Source of the DNA: Alphaproteobacteria bacterium
GTDB lineage: Bacteria; Pseudomonadota; Alphaproteobacteria; UBA828
NCBI GenBank assembly: GCA_963422645.2
Contig: CAXXVO010000020.1
Span: forward strand, 12,378 to 76,377
Direction of reading: 5' to 3'
DNA: 64,000 nucleotides
Below are positions 57,792 through 64,000 of the stretch, one piece after another. The number at the start of each line of letters is the position of its first letter. Position 1 is the first letter of the stretch. The position numbers and the translations under genes were made by a program. Below the pieces are notes generated by a model. The model was not told where the DNA came from, did no database searches, and was given only the letters and a program-made list of their open reading frames with translations.

Positions 57792-58817
57792 ATGCGCATC
57801 TACAACTACAAGAAGAGGACGGCGCGACGGGTCGCGGTAGAGGATGACAAGGAGCTGGTCGACCCGATCGATGCGCTGGGCGGTCAGCGCAAGCTCGCTG
57901 CGCGGGACCGCGACGCGCTCGCCGACACGATCTCTTTCATCGAATCCGGGGATCGGGGCTTGAACCTCGCGCGCAAGGCGATCCGCGAAAGCCGCGGCAG
58001 CGGCAAGGGCCGCCGCAGCCTGGTCCGGGCCACGCTCTTCGCGCCCCTTGAGCCCGCGGTTATCCTGTGTTCGGGAGAGAACTACTGGGATCATCGGGCC
58101 GAGAAGCCTGTGGTCGAGGGCAAGGAACCCGAGTTCTTCATCAAGCTCCAGCAATGCGCCAACGGCCCCTACGACGACATCGTCTACGAGCCGAAGATCA
58201 CCGGGAAGCTGGACTATGAAACCGAGCTTGCGATCGTCATCGGCAAGGGCGGGCGCCACATCGCCAAGAGGGATGCGATGAAGCACATATTCGGTTTCAC
58301 CGTCATGAACGACGTCACGGCCCGGGACCGGCAGGTCAAGATGCGGCCCGACGGCACCTCGCAATATGCACTCGGCCCGGGCAAGAACTTCGATACCTCG
58401 GCGCCGCTCGGCCCCTGCATCGTCACGACAGACGAGCTTGGCAACCCACAAAAGCTGGCGCTCCGCACCTGGGTCAACGACGAGCTGCGCCAGAACAATA
58501 CAACCGCGATGATGATCTGGAACGTGCGGGAGCTGGTCCACTTCTTTTCGAGCTTCGTCACCCTGAAACCGGGTTCGGTGATATCGACGGGCACGCCGGG
58601 CGGAACCGCGTGGGGAACCGATCCCGAGCTGGGCGGGCGCGGTGCCCAGACCGAACGCGAAGACATCGAGCTCGCCGGGGGCTATCTCAAGGTCGGCGAT
58701 GTGGTCACCTGCGAGATCGAAGGCATTGGCCGCCTGCGCGCCAGTGTCGTGCTATCCGGGCATTCGCGGAGGAAGACCTCGGCCAGGAGCAAGCCGGCGC
58801 GCGATCGAAGGGCCTAG
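57792..58817 (+). CDS. fumarylacetoacetate hydrolase family protein
   Basis: GENYWDH, LDYETELA, NDVTARD, GKNFDT, STGTPGG. Confidence 0.92.
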   Translation: MRIYNYKKRTARRVAVEDDKELVDPIDALGGQRKLAARDRDALADTISFIESGDRGLNLARKAIRESRGSGKGRRSLVRATLFAPLEPAVILCSGENYWDHRAEKPVVEGKEPEFFIKLQQCANGPYDDIVYEPKITGKLDYETELAIVIGKGGRHIAKRDAMKHIFGFTVMNDVTARDRQVKMRPDGTSQYALGPGKNFDTSAPLGPCIVTTDELGNPQKLALRTWVNDELRQNNTTAMMIWNVRELVHFFSSFVTLKPGSVISTGTPGGTAWGTDPELGGRGAQTEREDIELAGGYLKVGDVVTCEIEGIGRLRASVVLSGHSRRKTSARSKPARDRRA

Positions 58818-59863
58818 AGCATATCCGTCATTGAGGGAATCGTTAGGAATTCCCATTGGTTAGGGAATGTGATTCAAGCTGGCTACTGGTGAAGGAGGCC
58901 AGCATGGATGACACAGCCTTATTCGAGCGACCTTCGTGAGCGCGTGGTGCGGGCCCATTTGGCGGGCGAGCCGATCCGCCAGGTGGCGGCGCGCTTCGGT
59001 GTCAGCGTCTCCTCGGTGCCGAAGTGGGTCGCGCGCTACCGGGCGACGGGGAGTGTGGCGCCGGGCAGGATCGGCGGTCACCGCCCCTGGCTCCTGGAGC
59101 CGCATCGTGAGCTGGTTCACAGGCTGGTCGCCGAGACGCCGCATCTGTCGATCGACCGGCTCCGGGACCTGCTGGCCGCTGCGGGGATCGCGGTGAGCCG
59201 GGACACGATCTGGCGCTTCCTCAGGCGCGAGGGTCTGAGCTTCAAAATAAACTCTGTTCGCGACTGAGCAGGCGCGGTCCGCAGTCGCCCGCAAGCGGGC
59301 GCGCTGGCAGGCGCTCAAGCGCCACCTCGACCCGGACCGCCTGGTCTTCGTGGACGAGACCTGGATCAAGACCAACATGGCACCGCTCAGGGGCTGGGCA
59401 CAGCGAGGCCGGCGCCTGAAGGGATATGCGCCTCATGGCCACTGGCGCACCATGACCTTCCTCGCCGCCCTGCGCGCAGACGGGATCAGCGCCCCTTGCG
59501 TCTTCGACGGCCCCATCAACACCCGCTGCTTCCTGGCCTGGGTCGAGCAAGAGCTCGTCCCCACCCTCAAGCCCGGCGACATCGTCATCCTCGACAATCT
59601 CGCCAGCCACAAGGCCAAGACGGTCAGACAGGCGATCCGCAGCACCGGAGCCCGCCTCTGGTTCCTGCCGCCCTACTCACCCGACCTCAACCCCATCGAG
59701 CAGGCCTTCGCCAAGATCAAGCACTGGATGCGCAACGCGCAGAGGCGCGACTTCGAGGACACCTGGCGCCATCTCGGCCACCTCATCGCCACCATCGAGC
59801 CCGCAGAATGCAAGAACTACATCCGAAACGTCGGATATGGTTCCGTCTAAAACGGATATGCTA
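58815..59863 (+). mobile_element. IS630-family element (transposase 58908-59850, frameshifted)
   Basis: CTAG at both ends, IR AGCATATCCGT, VDETW / LDNL / PDLNPIE. Confidence 0.9.
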
Positions 59864-59974
59864 GGAGTTCGAGCGTGTCCGTCACGCTTCAGGACATGAC
59901 CCATGAGAGCCTACGATCTTGCCTCCCGTTGGGGCAGTCTAAGGCAGCGGAATTCAACTGACCGGAGGTGCTCA

Positions 59975-62900
59975 ATGTATCAACAGGGTGGAACCATCAA
60001 ACAAGCGTTAGACAAGATCGCCTCGAACGAATACGTGCTGCCGGCGATTCAGCGGGAATTCGTTTGGGGCCCGAACCAGATTTGCATGCTGTTCGACAGC
60101 CTGATGCAGGGCTACCCCTTCGGAGAGTTCCTTTTCTGGCGCATAGCGCCCGAACGCTCGGGGGATTACCGCTATTACGGGTTCGTGAAGGACTACCACC
60201 AACGGGACAATCCCCATTGCCCCGATCTCGGCCCGTTGCCGAACCGGCAAACCACAGCCGTTCTCGACGGTCAGCAACGGTTGACCGCGTTCAACATCGG
60301 ACTGCGCGGGTCTATGGCAGTCAAGCTCCCCTATAAGTGGTGGAGCAGCCCCGACGCGTTCCCGCGTCGAGTTCTGACATTGAACTTGCTGGCACCGAAC
60401 GAACGGGATGAGGAAGGCAACTGCTACTCGTTCGATTTCATTGAAGAAAGCGGAACAGGGCGCCAGGAAGAACGGCTGTGGTTCAAGGTGTCGGACATCC
60501 TCGCCATGGACTCCGGTCCGGCCATGCTTCGCTGGCTTCTAAACAAGGACCTAGGGGAGGAGGCGCTCGATCGCGCCTATGGTGTCCTCGATCGCCTCCA
60601 TCACGTCATCCACACGGAGCCGACGGTGGCGTATTACGAGGAGACGAATCAGGAAATCGAGCACGTGCTCGCCATTTTCATCCGCCGGAACAGCGGCGGC
60701 ACGACCCTGTCCTATTCCGACCTCCTGTTGAGCATTGCCACGTCTCAATGGACCACGTTGGACGCGCGCAAGGAAGTTCACCAGTTGGTCGACGATCTCA
60801 ACCGTATCGGCCCAGGTCTCGGCCTCACAAAGGACTTCGTATTGAAGGCCGGACTCATGCTGACCGACATTGCCAGCGTCGGGTTCCAGGTTCGCAACTT
60901 CACCCGGTCCAATATGGCCGTTCTCGAAGAAAACTGGCAAAGGATTCGCGATGCCCTAGTCGAAACGGCTCAGCTGGTCACGAACTACGGGTTCGACGCA
61001 CACGGCATTCGAGCGGCGAGCGCGTTGCTACCGATTGCCTACTACATCTATCGGATCGGCGCGCCGATGGACTTCGATACCCACAGCAGGTATGCGACCG
61101 ACCGTCAGTCGATTCGCGGTTGGCTGATCAGGTCCATACTCAGACTTCCTGACCTCGTGATGCTGGCTGTTCTGGGCAGCGTGCCGGGAACTCCTTGAAT
61201 TCTGATACATTTCGGTTGTTTCAGGCGGTTTTTCGCTGGGTGTCGCGCCCGAGGTCTGATATTATAATTTGATACCAATTGCACGGTCTCAACCATGCCC
61301 AGTACCCTCCCAATGTGCCCTCCAGAGGCGGTCTCGATCGGCAACAGCTGCTTCGCCGTCCTGATCTCGGACGACACCTTCACCTACTTTTCCAACCTCA
61401 TTCCCTTTGACAGCCACGCCGCCGATGACCGCACGGCCATGCTCTTGCGGATCGGCCGCCTCGCGGCGATCAGCGCGGTCTCGCCGCAGGAACTGGCTGA
61501 CGCTTTCGCTGTCTCGCGCGCGACGGTGCAGCGCGCACGACGGCGCTACCTGGCCGAGGGCGAAGCGGGGTTCATGAAGCCCCGGCGCGGTCGCGGGCCG
61601 TCGGTGTTCACTCCGGAGTTGGCGGAGAAGGCGACGGCGTTGCTGGCATCGGGCCTGAGCGGCTCTGCGGCGGCCCGGGTTCTCGGCGTGTCAGCGCCAT
61701 CGGTCAACAAGTGGCGCCGTCAGGGACTGATCGGCAACACGGAGGCGGATGGGGAGCCCGGACGCTCAGCGCTGGCTGCGCCGCCTGACGCGGGTGCGGC
61801 TCCTGAAGGCCGTGTCGATGAAGAGAGTACCGGTGCCCCGGGGCCGGAGACGGCGCCGGGGCTGGAAGCGCAGCCGCAAACGGATCGCAGCGCGCGCGAT
61901 CGGCGGGACCGGCAGGCGCCGATGGGGCGTGCGACTTGCGATGTTCCGGCTCGGGTTCTGGCCAGTTGTGGACAGGCGGGGCCGGTCGAACCGCAGTTCG
62001 CCGCCGCCGCCCGCGGTGTCCGCTTCGGCGGCGTGCTCGCCGCCCTGCCGGCCCTGCTGAAGGAAGGTCTTCTCTCCGAGACCGGTCTCCTGCCATTGCT
62101 GCCGAAGGGCTATTACGGCTTGCCTACGATCCTGCTCTTCCTGGCCTTCATGACCTTGGCGCGGGTGCGCAACCCCGAGAGCCTGCGCTACCAGGCGCCG
62201 GGCGAATGGGGCGCCATTCTCGGCCTCGATCGCTGCCCCGAGGTCAAGACGCTGCGCCGCAAGATCGCTCTCATCGCCGACGACGAGGCCGGCGTGCGGG
62301 CGTGGCAGCTCGCCCTTGCCAGGCGCTGGCAAGGCCGACGAGCCGGAGCTCTGGGCGACGCTGGCCATCGACGGGCACGTCAAGGTCTACTCCGGCCGCA
62401 AGGGGCGCTTGCCCAAGCACTTCGTCTCGCGCGAGAAGCTGTGCCTGCCGGCGAGCGCCAGCTACTGGATCAACGCTCTGGGCGGCAAGCCGCTGCTCTG
62501 TCTGCACAAGCCGCTGGACCCGAAGATGGTCGCGGCCATCGAAGCCGACGTGGTGCCGGCGCTGCAGGAGCTTGGGATCGTTGGCGCCGGGGCGCCGGAC
62601 CTGACCGCCGAGCATCCCGGCCAGCCGGCGCTCACCCTGGTCTTCGACCGCGAGGGCTGGAGCCCGGATCTGTTCCGCCGGCTGGCGAGGCGCGGCGTCG
62701 CCTGCCTGACCTGGCACAAGAACTTCAGGGGCGAGGACTGGCCGGCCGAGGACTTCGGCGCGATGACCGTTCCCATTCACGGACCGGCGGCGGACGGCAG
62801 CGCCACCATGCGGCTGGCTGAGAAGCCGGTGACGTTGCCGAACGGCTTCAGGGTGCGCCAGATCCGCCGCCTGCTCGACAACGGCCGTCAGGTGCCGCTG

Positions 62901-64000
62901 ATCACCACCGATCCGCACAAGCCGATGGCTGAGGTTGCGGGCGCCATGTTCTCGCGCTGGTCGCAGGAGAACTTCTTCAAGTACATGCGTGACGAGTTCA
63001 ATCTCGACGCCCTGCCGACCCACGAGCTCGAGCCTCTCGATCCCGCCGCCATGGTCGTCAACCCGCTGCGGCGGGCCTATGACAAGGCAATCCATCGCCT
63101 CGACCGCCAGCTTGGCCGCCTGCGCAACCGCATCGCCGACACGGCCCGGAAGAAGCAGCCGACGGCGGAACTCAGGAGGGAAGTCAGGGACCTCCAGGAT
63201 GTCCGCGACATCGTCAGGGCCAGCCGCAGGGAGACGCCCAAGCACTGCCGGGCCGGCGACCTCGACGAAGCCGAGCAGCTCGATGCCTTGCCCGCGCGCG
63301 AGCGCCTCCTCCTCGACGTCATCCGGATGATCGCCTACCGCGCCGAAACCCGCATGATGCTTCCCGTCATGCAGGCGCAGGGCCACAAGCCCCATCCCCG
63401 GAAACTGCTTCAAGCGCTGCTCACCGCCGATGCCGACATCCTGCCGGATCCTGGCAATGGCCTCCTGCGGGTCCACATTCTTGGCCTCGCAAACGACGCC
63501 TGCGACCGTTGGATCGATGCGGTTCTGAGCGACCTGAACGCCACCGAAACGGTCTTCCCCGGCACCCGTCTGCGCATAGTCTACGACATCGACGGGGCCT
63601 CGGAATCCGCGCGGCTCGTGTCACCTAAAATCAGCAGAGGTCAGGAAGTCTGATACTGAAGGCGTCCGGCATCTGGGGCAGCGGGCTGGACACACTTCTT
63701 ACCGCCCTCCGGGACGTGATCCGGGACAACGGTAACGAGGGATTTCCGGCAGCTGAAATGCGGCGGATCATGGCGCAGGGTGGCAAGAGCCTGGAGTTCT
63801 CACCCGAGGAAGTGGAAGACCTTGCGGACATGGGGCTGAGAGATCGGCGAGTCTTCGCTCTGCTAGCGCTGCTTTCGCCGTTCATCGACTTTCGGCGTCA
63901 TCAGTACCATATCGATCATGTATTTCCGAGAAGCCGCTTTACCCAAACGCGTTTGCGCGACGCCGGGATAGCCGAAGAAGAAACGGACGCACTCATCGAT
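59975..64000 (+). pseudogene. DUF262-DUF1524 (GmrSD-like) nuclease interrupted by ISX
   Basis: PAIQREFVW and LDGQQRLT before the IS; frame resumes after it and reaches HIDHVFP; runs off the window. Confidence 0.88.
61141..63652 (+). mobile_element. ISX copy 4
   Basis: TIRs flanked by ATACT on both sides. Confidence 0.95.

Larger units (their letters stand above)
37521..64000. mobile_element. degraded genomic island integrated at tRNA-Thr (right end not seen)
   Basis: integrase immediately 3' of the tRNA, AlpA, replication genes, dense IS content, no intact housekeeping genes. Confidence 0.7.

Overview
High-GC alphaproteobacterial chromosome segment (Rhodospirillales-like gene order, inferred). 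A housekeeping core (hisZ-purA; tRNA-Ala, aroA-cmk-rpsA-sppA-ihfB-lapA-trpFBA-accD-folC, trxA, two tRNA-Leu, gpsA, tsaD, hemC-hemD-COG4223-hemY, tRNA-Thr) alternates with two IS-saturated accessory regions: 2.6-13.3 kb, and an island from 37.6 kb onward that starts at tRNA-Thr with an integrase, AlpA, an ExeA-type ATPase, a RepA-type helicase, a TOPRIM protein and a methylase remnant. Main observations: (1) two matching IS110 copies whose 355-bp 5' non-coding end holds antisense matches to the predicted circle junction, a candidate antisense bridge RNA; (2) four copies of a 2.5-kb IS I cannot assign to a family ('ISX': 16-bp TIRs, ANNNT target duplications, ~785-aa DDE transposase), two of which form a composite unit and one of which splits a GmrSD-like defence gene; (3) an IS21 flanked by two perfectly inverted 88-bp ISX right ends; (4) IS66 elements stacked in each other's ends. 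Small indels between IS copies suggest long-read assembly errors. All family calls come from motif recognition by eye; no database searches were run.
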